The notes below the pieces were generated by a model that saw only the letters and a program-made list of their open reading frames with translations, was not told the DNA's origin and searched no databases. DNA of 64,000 nt, taken from an uncultured Gammaproteobacteria bacterium. Its GTDB lineage: Bacteria > Patescibacteriota > Patescibacteriia > Magasanikbacterales > UBA922. Below are positions 1-8,672 of this stretch, in pieces (positions within the stretch are counted from its first letter, which is position 1; each line of letters begins with the position of its first letter). Location: the NCBI GenBank assembly GCA_964566225.1, contig CAZMHV010000001.1, forward strand, positions 85,963 to 149,962, given 5' to 3'. Position numbers and translations under genes: made by a program.

Positions 1-2444
1 ATTTTGTAAATTATGCGAAGTCACAGGGTATTGTGGAAACCACTCGTGGATCCGCCGCAGGTTCCCTCGTTTCGTATGTGATGGGAATCACAACTGTGGA
101 TCCAATTCGATTTAAACTTCCATTTGAACGTTTCCTCAATCCATTTCGTCCAAGTGCACCAGATGTCGATACGGACTTTGCCGATGACCGACGTGACGAA
201 ATGATTAAGTATGTGACAGACAAATACGGCGCAGACAAAGTGGCACAAATCATTACGTTTGGAACCATGGCAGCGCGTGCCAGTGTGCGTGATGTTGGTC
301 GTGCGCTTGGGTTTGCGTATAGTTTTTGTGACCAGGTTTCCAAGCTCATCCCTATGGGTGCGCAGGGTTTCCCCATGACCATTGAACGCGCGCTCAAAGA
401 AGAACCTGATCTCAAAAAATTGTATGATTCAAATGCTGATGTAAAACGTTTGCTCGACCTTGCTCGAAAAGTGGAAGGCTGTGCACGTCATACGTCTATT
501 CATGCGGCTGGTGTGGTGATTGCACCGAGTAATCTTACTGACTTTACTCCTGTGCAGTACGAAGTTGGTGGAACTCGTTTGACCACGCAGTATGAAATGA
601 AATCCGTTGAAGCGGCCGGAGTTTTGAAAAACGATTTTCTCGGAATTCGTAATCTTTCTATCCTCGGAAAAGCCGTGGAGATTGTACAAAAAACAACTGG
701 TGAAAAAATTGATATTTATACACTCCCACTTGATGACAAAAAAACATTTGAAATGCTCTCACGAGGTGAAACCATGGGTACGTTTCAGCTGGGTGGAAGT
801 GGCATGACTCGTTGGCTCAAAGAACTTCGCCCTACCAACATTGATGATATCATGGCTATGGTAGCGCTCTACCGTCCAGGTCCGATGGAATCTATTCCCG
901 AATATATTAAACGCAAATATAATCCTGAAACAGTAAAATATTTGGATCCACGACTCGAAGAAATTTTAAAAGCATCGTTTGGACTTTTGGTGTACCAGGA
1001 TGACGTTATGTTAACCGCGATCAAACTCGCAGGATACGACTGGATGGATGCCGACAAATTTCGTAAAGCCATGGGTAAAAAAATTCCCGAAGAAATGGCC
1101 AAGCAAAAAGAACAATTTTATAAAGGCTGTAAAGAATACGGCCATGTGCCTAAAGAAATTATTGATGAACTGTGGACTGCCATTGAACCATTTGCAGCGT
1201 ATGGGTTCAACAAAGCGCATGCTGCGAGTTATGGAATTGTGGCGTATCAAACTTCGTACATGAAAGCGCATTACCCTGTGCAATACATGACTGCGGTTTT
1301 GCAGGCCGAAGCAGGGGACGCAGACAAAGTGGCACCAATTGTGCATGAGTGTATGCGCATTGGCATTGAAGTATTGCCTCCTGACGTGAATGAAAGTTTC
1401 CGTAACTTTGCCATGGTTTCAAAGCCTGGTGAAAAGGGGAGAATTCGTTTTGGACTCACAGCCATTAAAAATGTCGGTGAACATATTTGTAATGAAATTT
1501 ACGAAGAGCGCAAAAAAAATGGACCATACAAAAGTATGGAAGATTTGCTTGAGCGCGTGCAGGACAAAGATTTGAACAAAAAATCTGTGGAGAGTTTGGC
1601 GCAGTGTGGAGCACTCGATTGTTTTGGCATTGATCGAGCCACACTTCTCGCAAGTACTGAACAGATTCTCGGATACTCACGTCGCAACAAAGAACAAAAT
1701 GAAACCAAACAAGATTCACTGTTTGGCGCGCTCGACATGGGACTTTCCAAAAAGATCTCTTACCAAAATGCTACACCTGCAACCATGGAGCAAAAACTCA
1801 AATGGGAAAAAACACTTCTCAATATTTATGTTTCTTCACACCCATTTGCACCCTACGAACCTGCGTTCAAAGGTGTAACTGTGCCACTTGCAGAAATTGA
1901 AAATGCACCGCGTGATTCATGGGTCATTGTGGGTGGCGTCATTGATGCGGCGACCAAAAAAATTACCAAAAAAGGTGACATTATGATGTTTGTGACACTC
2001 GAAGATAAAAGTGGCAACATGGAATTACTCGTGTTCCCCAAGACCTACCAAGTAACCCAAGCTCTGTGGGTTCCGGGAAATTGTATTTGCGTTGTGGGTA
2101 AAACTCCCAAAGAAGAAGGCGACAACAAAATTTTTGTCGAAAATGCGTACGTGATTGATAAAACAAATGCCGCCGAAGTAGCGCGCAGAGTTTCCATTGG
2201 CAAAGCACCAACCGAAGCACCACAAAAAGAAAAAATTGTTTCCATTCAAGTGACCAAAGAAGATTTACAACTCCACGCAGATGAACTCAAAAAGATTTTT
2301 GCAGATCACCCCGGAGAATTTCAAGTATTTATTAAAGTAAATGGCAATACCATTCGTGCTACCACACCAATTGATTGGAATGAAGAAGTAGAAAAGAAAA
2401 TTGCAGATGTGATTGGTGATGGCAAGACACAGGTGTTTCAATAA
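1..2444 (+). CDS. dnaE: DNA polymerase III alpha subunit, C-terminal part (5' end truncated by the window edge)
   Basis: The 803-aa translation carries the DnaE fingers, beta-binding and OB-fold region (motifs such as AARASVRDVGRALG and GFNKAHAASYG). The ORF is open to the window start. Confidence 0.9.
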   Translation, partial: FVNYAKSQGIVETTRGSAAGSLVSYVMGITTVDPIRFKLPFERFLNPFRPSAPDVDTDFADDRRDEMIKYVTDKYGADKVAQIITFGTMAARASVRDVGRALGFAYSFCDQVSKLIPMGAQGFPMTIERALKEEPDLKKLYDSNADVKRLLDLARKVEGCARHTSIHAAGVVIAPSNLTDFTPVQYEVGGTRLTTQYEMKSVEAAGVLKNDFLGIRNLSILGKAVEIVQKTTGEKIDIYTLPLDDKKTFEMLSRGETMGTFQLGGSGMTRWLKELRPTNIDDIMAMVALYRPGPMESIPEYIKRKYNPETVKYLDPRLEEILKASFGLLVYQDDVMLTAIKLAGYDWMDADKFRKAMGKKIPEEMAKQKEQFYKGCKEYGHVPKEIIDELWTAIEPFAAYGFNKAHAASYGIVAYQTSYMKAHYPVQYMTAVLQAEAGDADKVAPIVHECMRIGIEVLPPDVNESFRNFAMVSKPGEKGRIRFGLTAIKNVGEHICNEIYEERKKNGPYKSMEDLLERVQDKDLNKKSVESLAQCGALDCFGIDRATLLASTEQILGYSRRNKEQNETKQDSLFGALDMGLSKKISYQNATPATMEQKLKWEKTLLNIYVSSHPFAPYEPAFKGVTVPLAEIENAPRDSWVIVGGVIDAATKKITKKGDIMMFVTLEDKSGNMELLVFPKTYQVTQALWVPGNCICVVGKTPKEEGDNKIFVENAYVIDKTNAAEVARRVSIGKAPTEAPQKEKIVSIQVTKEDLQLHADELKKIFADHPGEFQVFIKVNGNTIRATTPIDWNEEVEKKIADVIGDGKTQVFQ

Positions 2445-2469
2445 AAATACATATTTCAGAATCAACAGA

Positions 2470-2497
2470 AAACCCCTTTGAAAAGAAGGGGTTTTTC
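2470..2497 (+). terminator. Rho-independent terminator after dnaE
   Basis: Perfect inverted repeat aaacccctt / aaggggttt followed by a T-run, immediately 3' of the dnaE stop. Confidence 0.6.
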
Positions 2498-2499
2498 TA

Positions 2500-2528
2500 T
2501 TGACTTTTTTATAAAATTGTGCTATACT
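2500..2528 (+). promoter_or_regulatory. Sigma70-like promoter TTGACT-17-TATACT driving the high-GC ATPase gene
   Basis: TTGACT at 2500-2505, a 17-nt spacer, then TATACT at 2523-2528. It lies about 40 nt upstream of the ATG at 2571, which has a GGGGGGA Shine-Dalgarno. Confidence 0.5.
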
Positions 2529-2570
2529 CTCGACAATTTATCCACGGACGTCCACACAAGGGGGGACCGA

Positions 2571-3170
2571 ATGAGTATTCCTGTGGTTGCTTTCACGGGC
2601 GCGCCTTGCGGAGGCAAGAGCATGGCCGTAGAGGCGATTCGGCAGCAGTTTGCCGGCAAGGTCGTAGTGGTGCCAGAAATGGCCTCCACCATCCTCGCAG
2701 GCTTTCCGCTGCCTGGTCGGGACCTCGAGTGGTCCTCGGAGTGGCAAGATTGCCTTCAAAGGACCATCCTGCGTGCGCAGCTCGAAGCTGAGGAGGCATG
2801 GCGCGCTGCAGCCATTCACCAGAATGCCAAGATCATTCTGTGTGATCGGGGAGTTCTCGATGGGGCAGCCTATCGGGGTGTGAGTGCTCAGCAGTTCTGC
2901 GTTGAATTCGGCATTGATCTCAACGAGGTGCATGCCCGCTACACGGGGGTTTTGCACCTCCAGTCGCTGGCTGAATTTTCGCCCGAACTCTATACCGCGA
3001 ACATGGCCTCGAACCCTCACCGGTTTGAGAGTGCTGCTCGCGCTCAGGAGCTCGATCGGGCGCTTCTGTTGGCCTGGAGGGGCCATTCGAATCACGAGTT
3101 CATTCCGGCAGATGCCAGTATTGGACGAAAGCTCGACCAAGTCGTCGAATTCGTCCAGCATCTCATCTGA
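2571..3170 (+). CDS. P-loop NTPase, AAA_28-like putative kinase/ATPase, in a high-GC cassette
   Basis: Walker A motif AFTGAPCGGKS at the N-terminus. Codons are GC3-rich, unlike the flanks. The longer ORF from 2478 would run through the promoter and AT-rich DNA, so the ATG at 2571 with its SD is preferred. Confidence 0.6.
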   Translation: MSIPVVAFTGAPCGGKSMAVEAIRQQFAGKVVVVPEMASTILAGFPLPGRDLEWSSEWQDCLQRTILRAQLEAEEAWRAAAIHQNAKIILCDRGVLDGAAYRGVSAQQFCVEFGIDLNEVHARYTGVLHLQSLAEFSPELYTANMASNPHRFESAARAQELDRALLLAWRGHSNHEFIPADASIGRKLDQVVEFVQHLI

Positions 3171-3193
3171 ATAGAGGAACGTCCTCGCGGCCT

Positions 3194-3216
3194 GGGGGTG
3201 TCCGTCAACACCCCCC
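3194..3216 (+). terminator. GC-rich hairpin (ggggtgt...acacccc) after the high-GC ATPase gene
   Basis: Inverted repeat 24 nt after the stop. It has no T-tract, which is the style seen in high-GC organisms. Confidence 0.4.
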
Positions 3217-3235
3217 TTCCAATCTTACTCAACAA

Positions 3236-3272
3236 AAAAGAGACACGTTACAGGTCTCTTTTCTTTTTTTTC
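3236..3272. terminator. Bidirectional intrinsic terminator (agagacacgttacaggtctct flanked by A/T runs)
   Basis: Hairpin with an A-run on its 5' side and a T-run on its 3' side. It sits between the converging high-GC ATPase gene (+) and tsaD (-). Confidence 0.55.
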
Positions 3273-3276
3273 TAAT

Positions 3277-4347
3277 CTATTCACCCAGCTCCCACTGCGG
3301 ATCCGCTTTCACATCCTTCCAAGAAATAAATTCTTTTTTTACGGCCTTATAATATCCAGCAATCGCAATCATGGTCGCATTATCCATGGAGTACTTTGAT
3401 TCTGGAATCAAAAATTTGGTACCAGGAAATTGCTCGTCCACTGCCTGCTGCAACGTCTCACGCAATTTTTTGTTGGCACTCACACCACCACCCAGCACAA
3501 TAGTTTTGGGTTTGTATTCTGCTGCCGCGCGCATAGTTTTAATTACCAGCACATCAATAATTGCTTGTTCAAATGATGCACAAAAATCATTGATGGTAGG
3601 GGACTGTGGCGTCACTCCAAATACTCCTGCAGGCAAATTCAAAGCATTGGTATTCACTGCACTCAACTGATTATCTCGCAGCCAATACAAAGCAGCAGTT
3701 TTGAGTCCAGAAAAACTAAAGTCATAGTGAGCGTCCTTCATCATCGGTCGTGGAAATTGAATCGCACTGGTTTTTCCTTCCATTGCAAACTTTGAAATTT
3801 TTGGTCCACCTGGATAATCAAACCCAAGAAGTTTCGCAGCTTTATCAAAACATTCACCAGCGGCATCATCTACCGTCTTACCAATTTTTTCATATTCCCC
3901 CTGACTTTTCATGACAATCAATTCTGTATGTCCACCTGAAACAATGAGTCCCAAAGCAGGGAATTCAATTTTTGCATTGTTACTATTCAGCTCAACCGAA
4001 TGTATATGCCCCTCAATATGGTTGACGCCCACCATGGGCACATCCCACAAATACGATAATGTTTTGGCTGCATCCACGCCAACGAGCAGCGCAGTCATGA
4101 GCCCTGGCCCACTCGTCACTGCAATCACATCAGGCTTCTCTTGTCCAGCCATCACTTCTTCAACGAGAGGCACAATAAACTCTGCATGCGCGCGAGCCGC
4201 CACTTCTGGCACCACACCACCATATTTTTTGTGAATTTCAATTTGGCTCGCAGTTTTTTCGGCAAGCACAACAAAGCCCACTTCAGAGGCTTCAAGAAGA
4301 GAAACTGATGTGTCGTCGCACGATGATTCAATGCCGAGTATTTTCAT
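3277..4347 (-). CDS. tsaD: tRNA N6-adenosine threonylcarbamoyltransferase TsaD (Kae1/Gcp family)
   Basis: 356 aa with the MKILGIESSCDDTSV N-terminus and the two His metal site (HIEGH). Full-length ASKHA-fold match. Confidence 0.9.
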   Translation of the reverse strand: MKILGIESSCDDTSVSLLEASEVGFVVLAEKTASQIEIHKKYGGVVPEVAARAHAEFIVPLVEEVMAGQEKPDVIAVTSGPGLMTALLVGVDAAKTLSYLWDVPMVGVNHIEGHIHSVELNSNNAKIEFPALGLIVSGGHTELIVMKSQGEYEKIGKTVDDAAGECFDKAAKLLGFDYPGGPKISKFAMEGKTSAIQFPRPMMKDAHYDFSFSGLKTAALYWLRDNQLSAVNTNALNLPAGVFGVTPQSPTINDFCASFEQAIIDVLVIKTMRAAAEYKPKTIVLGGGVSANKKLRETLQQAVDEQFPGTKFLIPESKYSMDNATMIAIAGYYKAVKKEFISWKDVKADPQWELGE

Positions 4348-4411
4348 AAGTATAAATTTGGCTTATTTAAAGCCATTTAATCACAAAAAAATAAAAAATG
4401 CAAGAAAACAA

Positions 4412-4438
4412 AAAACAGTCCATATTTTGAACTGTTTT
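4412..4438. terminator. Hairpin terminator (aaaacagtcc...gaactgtttt) downstream of the ASCH gene
   Basis: Inverted repeat with flanking A/T runs, immediately beyond the stop of the minus-strand gene at 4446. Confidence 0.45.
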
Positions 4439-4445
4439 TATTATA

Positions 4446-4775
4446 TTAATTTTTTGGTGTAATTTTTATTCCCACTACTCCATACGTTAGCTCATCTTCT
4501 TTAGTATAAAATTTATAATAAATTTCGAGTGCCTCTTCAATCGTATTTTTATCTGGAATGACATTTTCTAAACCTGTTTGTTCAATCATTTCTCGAAAGC
4601 TTGAATAAATATTTTTTTCCAAAACTGTGTATTCGACCAAGTCATTAATTTTTAAAATATCTCCAACTTGTAATTCAAAAAATTTTCCTTTGTTGAGACG
4701 TCCCTCGACTGTTTTTTTCCCAGCGAGTATCTGACTGAAATAGGGTTCCTGAATATTAATTTCGATTTTTTTCAT
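4446..4775 (-). CDS. ASCH-domain protein, PUA-like RNA-binding fold (YqfB-like)
   Basis: 109 aa carrying the ASCH signature GKKTVEGR (G-x-K-x-x-E-x-R). The codon usage is AT-rich, matching the host backbone. Confidence 0.7.
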   Translation of the reverse strand: MKKIEINIQEPYFSQILAGKKTVEGRLNKGKFFELQVGDILKINDLVEYTVLEKNIYSSFREMIEQTGLENVIPDKNTIEEALEIYYKFYTKEDELTYGVVGIKITPKN

Positions 4776-4800
4776 AGTATTATTTTAGTAGTATAGCTCT

Positions 4801-4857
4801 GTTTTCAACTCATGAAAAATTTGAGTTCAAAACGGAGCTGGAGTGTGTGGACTCCAG
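4801..4857 (-). terminator. Two tandem hairpins between the GNAT-ASCH gene stop and the ASCH gene
   Basis: gttttcaactcatgaaaaatttgagttcaaaac at 4801-4833 and ctggagtgtgtggactccag at 4838-4857, both inverted repeats just 3' of the minus-strand stop at 4901. Confidence 0.4.
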
Positions 4858-4900
4858 ACCCCCCCTTTCATTTTGTTTGTTCGGCCACACCCGATCTAGG

Positions 4901-6241
4901 TCATCGCATCCTGGGCTCCACCTCCAGAACGTATACCCCGAGACGCTCCTTCTCGGGAGGGTAGATCGTCGTCAGGACTTCGAGCACCTGCGCTTTGACT
5001 TGGCCAGGCACGATTTTGCCCGCGTCTTCCACCTCGAGCATCGACTCGAAGCTGTCATACCGGCGAATCGCACGGACGGTGATGATCCCCGAGGCATCAT
5101 TCGTCTCGAGTTGGATACGTTCACCCGCCCGGATGCTCCGGATGTTGTCGTAGCCGACTCGTACTTCGAGTGTCTTCCTTCCCGACATGATGTCGAGGTA
5201 GAAGCGCCGTTTGACTCGCATCGTTCTTGGCATGATGTCCTCCAGGTAGTAGCCCCATTGCTGGGTGCTGTAGTCTTCGTGGTAGGCCGCGGGCATCATC
5301 GCATCGAGGGACCATCCCCTGCGTTGCAGGACGATAGTTTCCGCGACCGTTGGGACGAGGTGTGTGTAGAGTTTTCTCCCGTACGGCCTCAGATAGTTCG
5401 GCAAGTCAGTGAGCATCGCCGCAAAAGCGTCGGGGTCACTGGCCACACAGGGCATGAGCTTGATGGGCTGCCCCTTTTTGGGAGTAGCCCCTGCCACACC
5501 ACGCACAGTGTTGGTGAGGTCAACAGCGACGAAGATCAGTTTGAACTTGAGGTTCACTTCTCCTGTGCTGCGACGCCTATATCCTTCAAAGAGGGCATCC
5601 ACCCACTGTCGATCGACTCCGCGGAAGTAGTTTGGAAACGTCCCGTCGAGGATCAGCCGATAGACTCCATCGCGGTGGTGCTCTTCGAATGGCAGTACCG
5701 AAATGCTTCGGTTATCCGGCATTTCCTCATCCACTTCTGTTGTGGAGAGGGTTTTGTAGAGCATCATCTCTGTCACTCCGGGTTTGTAGTGACTCTGAGA
5801 TCGCCCTGCGGGGATGTATCCTTTCTTTCTGAAGAAGGAAATTGCCGAATGGTTCTGTTCTGCCACGGTACAGTAGATTTGCCTTGCTCCACGCTCTCTC
5901 GCGTACTGTTCGGCATGTGCCGTCAGTTCACTTCCACAGCCGTTCTGGGCTTGGAATGCGGGAGCGATGATGAGTGGGCTGATTTTCCAGGTGCCCTGTC
6001 GTTTTCGGACGATGTGAATCATCCCGATTTGGGTCGTACCGTCCACGAGGATGAACATCCTCTGCTCGGCAGAGAAGTGTCCTACGTGATCTTTACCTCC
6101 ACAGATGTGCGTCTCGAAGATCCGAGCCGCATGCGCACGGTGGTCGCCATCGTAGTACGGGGCCAGGGCGTTATCCATGAGGTCTGAGACGAACTGGAAG
6201 TCTGTCTCTTGAGCTTCGCGAATTTTTCGTCCTTCTGACAT
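4901..6241 (-). CDS. Three-domain protein: N-terminal GNAT acetyltransferase, central unknown domain, C-terminal ASCH domain (high-GC cassette)
   Basis: The N-terminal ~165 aa carry the GNAT acetyl-CoA motif (QAQNGCGSEL, then ARERGARQIYCTV). The C-terminal ~110 aa carry the ASCH motif SGRKTLEVR and a YqfB-like end (GVYVLEVEP). GC3 is strongly elevated. The mirror ORF on the plus strand (4847..6187) is a compositional shadow. Confidence 0.7.
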   Translation of the reverse strand: MSEGRKIREAQETDFQFVSDLMDNALAPYYDGDHRAHAARIFETHICGGKDHVGHFSAEQRMFILVDGTTQIGMIHIVRKRQGTWKISPLIIAPAFQAQNGCGSELTAHAEQYARERGARQIYCTVAEQNHSAISFFRKKGYIPAGRSQSHYKPGVTEMMLYKTLSTTEVDEEMPDNRSISVLPFEEHHRDGVYRLILDGTFPNYFRGVDRQWVDALFEGYRRRSTGEVNLKFKLIFVAVDLTNTVRGVAGATPKKGQPIKLMPCVASDPDAFAAMLTDLPNYLRPYGRKLYTHLVPTVAETIVLQRRGWSLDAMMPAAYHEDYSTQQWGYYLEDIMPRTMRVKRRFYLDIMSGRKTLEVRVGYDNIRSIRAGERIQLETNDASGIITVRAIRRYDSFESMLEVEDAGKIVPGQVKAQVLEVLTTIYPPEKERLGVYVLEVEPRMR

Positions 6242-6486
6242 TTGGAGCCTTTCTTGGGGTTATGCGAAGAAACGAAATTGTACCCTCATGCTGGGATTAG
6301 CAAATTGGGTTGCCACAGGATAACACCTTGTCAACGGAATGTCAATTTCTCATAGGATTGTTTCAAAATAAAACAATGAATGAAAGGCATCTCACTCATT
6401 GTTACAATTTACAGATGTGAGAGTAAATGGTATCTTATAATAAAAATAATATATTCATTTAAAAAATACCCATAAATATAGGTTAT

Positions 6487-6936
6487 ATGGATTTTATTCG
6501 AAGAATGTTTCGCGGTGATCGATCATTAGATCAAAAGTCACTAATCCCACCAGAAGTAACACAATACAATTTTGATGCTGCTTTAGAAAGATTAAAAACA
6601 GTTGAAGATTTTGAAAGAAATCAGCGAGATGCTTTTGAACTCTATCGAAAATTGACCGGTTATGAAAAGAGTTATGAAGATGTGTTGCGTGAACTTGAGA
6701 GAGGCTTTGCTGGTGATAATGAAACAGTTTATAGAATTTCTGGATCGAGTGTACGAGCGAGATTGTTATTCGAAAAAATAGAGCAAAGTCGAATCAGCGA
6801 GGATCCTCTGTATAATGGTAGTAATGTGCCAATGGTGGCTGATGCTGATAAATTTTTTTTACCTGCATATCATGACTTAGTTCAAAAGTTTTTAAAAGCA
6901 GGGATTGTGATAAAATTTCAAGGACGCGCTCGGTGA
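6487..6936 (+). CDS. Hypothetical protein (149 aa)
   Basis: Intact AT-rich ORF followed by a hairpin terminator. No recognisable motif. Confidence 0.4.
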   Translation: MDFIRRMFRGDRSLDQKSLIPPEVTQYNFDAALERLKTVEDFERNQRDAFELYRKLTGYEKSYEDVLRELERGFAGDNETVYRISGSSVRARLLFEKIEQSRISEDPLYNGSNVPMVADADKFFLPAYHDLVQKFLKAGIVIKFQGRAR

Positions 6937-6942
6937 TAAAAA

Positions 6943-6968
6943 AACTTCCCTTAAGAGGAAGTTTTTTA
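6943..6968 (+). terminator. Rho-independent terminator (aacttcc cttaaga ggaagtt + T-run)
   Basis: Inverted repeat plus T-tract directly after the stop at 6936. Confidence 0.55.
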
Positions 6969-7071
6969 CTGAGTAGAATTTTATTGTTGAAGGTGTTCTT
7001 GAAGCATTTAAGTCAGCTCTTTTGTTGTAAATGTTACGTTATGATTCACTCCAACTAAATGCGCATAATTT

Positions 7072-7332
7072 TTATTCTGCAAGAGATGCTTCTACACTCT
7101 GTACCAATTCTGCGTGAGGTAATTTATAACCTTCCATTTTGAGTACAAGATTTTGTACGTAATCAGGGGCACTGTTAACTGACGTATCTCCTTTTAGAAT
7201 TTCTAAAAGAGTTTTTAAATCTGCTTTAGCTTCTCTTTTTAAATCTTCATCTAAGCGTCTTTTCGCAGATTCTGGACTTTCTGGGGGTACTTTAAATGTC
7301 ATTGCAGCATCAAATGGATGTTCTATACTCAT
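7072..7332 (-). CDS. Hypothetical small protein (86 aa)
   Basis: Only the part of ORF 7072..7551 that does not overlap the tRNA can be coding. The start is taken at MSIEHPFD. Confidence 0.3.
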   Translation of the reverse strand: MSIEHPFDAAMTFKVPPESPESAKRRLDEDLKREAKADLKTLLEILKGDTSVNSAPDYVQNLVLKMEGYKLPHAELVQSVEASLAE

Positions 7333-7397
7333 ATTTTTAAAATTTAAGAATAATATTAAATAGAGTTTTGTTGTATAAACAAAGTTTTTAATTGTTG

Positions 7398-7469
7398 TAG
7401 CACCACGGGGAATCGAACCCCGATTTGGTGGATGAGAACCACCTGTCCTAACCATTAGACGATGATGCC
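7398..7469 (-). tRNA. tRNA-Glu (anticodon CUC)
   Basis: The reverse complement folds as a cloverleaf. It has a 7-bp acceptor stem (GGCATCA/TGGTGCT, two G-U pairs), a GTCTAATGGTTAGGAC D-arm, an anticodon stem GGTGG/CCACC with loop TTCTCAT, and a GGGGTTCGATTCCCC T-arm. No CCA is encoded. Confidence 0.7.
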
Positions 7470-7507
7470 GTATGTGGGGGAAAGTATACGGTTTTTTATC
7501 TTGTTTG

Positions 7508-7888
7508 TCAATGTTTTTTCTTGTTTTTTGAAAGACGAAAAACAATATCAATGAGTTTAAAAATCACCCATACAAAAGGTGAAAAAACAGTAAAAATTAT
7601 ATTTACTATTTTATTAAGAAGAGAAAATTCTCTTTCAAATGGAGTATCTCTATTTAAGACAAAGTCTGTCTCTCTAAAGAGTTTTTCAATCGTTTCTGGA
7701 GTTATAAAACGGACATCGTATACTATTTCAATTTTTTCATCATGAATTTCTACAGAAATATCGGGTAGTAACGAATTTACAAAAGAAAAAAGTTTATTTC
7801 TGTCATATGGGGGAGAAATTTTGTAACACACGAATTTTTTATTTTTATTGGGAAGAGTAATAAAAAACATAAAATAATATAGAGACAC
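7508..7888 (-). CDS. Hypothetical protein (126 aa) with a C-terminal hydrophobic segment
   Basis: AT-rich ORF with no recognisable domain. Confidence 0.35.
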   Translation of the reverse strand: MSLYYFMFFITLPNKNKKFVCYKISPPYDRNKLFSFVNSLLPDISVEIHDEKIEIVYDVRFITPETIEKLFRETDFVLNRDTPFEREFSLLNKIVNIIFTVFSPFVWVIFKLIDIVFRLSKNKKKH

Positions 7889-7892
7889 GCTT

Positions 7893-7937
7893 GCTGGGTT
7901 GGTGAACAGTACTATGAAGTTTGTTCACCAACCCAGC
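7893..7937 (-). terminator. Perfect 16-bp-stem hairpin (gctgggttggtgaaca...tgttcaccaacccagc) 3' of the high-GC lipoprotein gene
   Basis: 16-bp perfect inverted repeat with a 13-nt loop, 25 nt downstream of the minus-strand stop at 7962. It is GC-rich and has no T-tract. Confidence 0.5.
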
Positions 7938-7961
7938 TGAAAGGAAAACGACGAGCCTCAC

Positions 7962-8672
7962 TCAGATGGCGAGGCCGACCATCACCACCGGTGCCGCGAT
8001 TTCCGAGATGACGGCCGCCGTTGCAGCACCAACACCCACGGCCACAGCGATGTTGTAGATGTTGTCTCTCACCCATCGCACGGACGGAGGCTCACACATG
8101 CAGAGGCTGAAAGGTATCACACTCTCGTACACACCGAAGCAGAGTCGTCCGTTCTGTCTGTACTTCATGAAGTGGATGTCGAACACCTGGCGGAAGTTTC
8201 CAGCACGGTTGCTCCCGTAGTTGAGTCGGATCGCGTAGTAGTCCGCGGTCCGAGTACACACGGGGAAGTCGTGCCTTCCTCCCGAGGATGTCAGCCTGTA
8301 TTGCCCGACGGCGACGTCGAGGGGGGACTTCACTTCCGTATACGACAGCGGCTCTGTGGACGTTTCTTCTCTGAAGAGGTTGTCCAGCTCGGTGCTGATG
8401 TTCGGGCCGAAGCTGTACACGATGGTGTAGCCGTTGTTCGAAGCCCAATCGGTCAGACTGGGCAGGTAGGACTTGAAGTCCTCCAGCGTGTTGAACTCGA
8501 TCTTGTCCGGGAGCGTCGCCCTGAACTCACCGTTGGTGTCGGTGTCCACCTCGATGAGGTAGGTCTGCTCCGCCGTGCTGGAGGAGTCGTCGTGGGTGCT
8601 GGCCGAGGAGGGGTTGATCCGCTGCTCACAACCGAGCAAGCACAGAATCGCAAACAACAGTTTGAATTTCAT
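7962..8672 (-). CDS. Lipoprotein of unknown function (high-GC cassette)
   Basis: N-terminus MKFKLLFAILCLLGC has a lipobox LLGC. It is followed by a Ser/Thr/Asp-rich linker and a C-terminal Gly/Ala/Val-rich hydrophobic tail. GC3 is strongly elevated, and the antisense ORFs 8172..8756 and 8092..8448 are shadows. Confidence 0.55.
   Translation of the reverse strand: MKFKLLFAILCLLGCEQRINPSSASTHDDSSSTAEQTYLIEVDTDTNGEFRATLPDKIEFNTLEDFKSYLPSLTDWASNNGYTIVYSFGPNISTELDNLFREETSTEPLSYTEVKSPLDVAVGQYRLTSSGGRHDFPVCTRTADYYAIRLNYGSNRAGNFRQVFDIHFMKYRQNGRLCFGVYESVIPFSLCMCEPPSVRWVRDNIYNIAVAVGVGAATAAVISEIAAPVVMVGLAI

Noticed and set aside
2538-3161. 207-aa minus-strand ORF antisense to the P-loop ATPase gene
   Set aside because: Shadow ORF in GC-rich DNA. 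The plus-strand frame carries the Walker A motif, a promoter and an SD.
4847-6187. 446-aa plus-strand ORF mirroring the GNAT-ASCH gene
   Set aside because: It is a compositional shadow of the high-GC minus-strand gene: Arg/His/Pro-rich low-complexity translation with no domain. The minus-strand frame has clear GNAT and ASCH motifs.
7072-7551. Full-length 159-aa minus-strand ORF as a single gene
   Set aside because: Its N-terminal half runs straight through the tRNA-Glu gene (7398-7469). Only the downstream 86 codons are plausibly coding.
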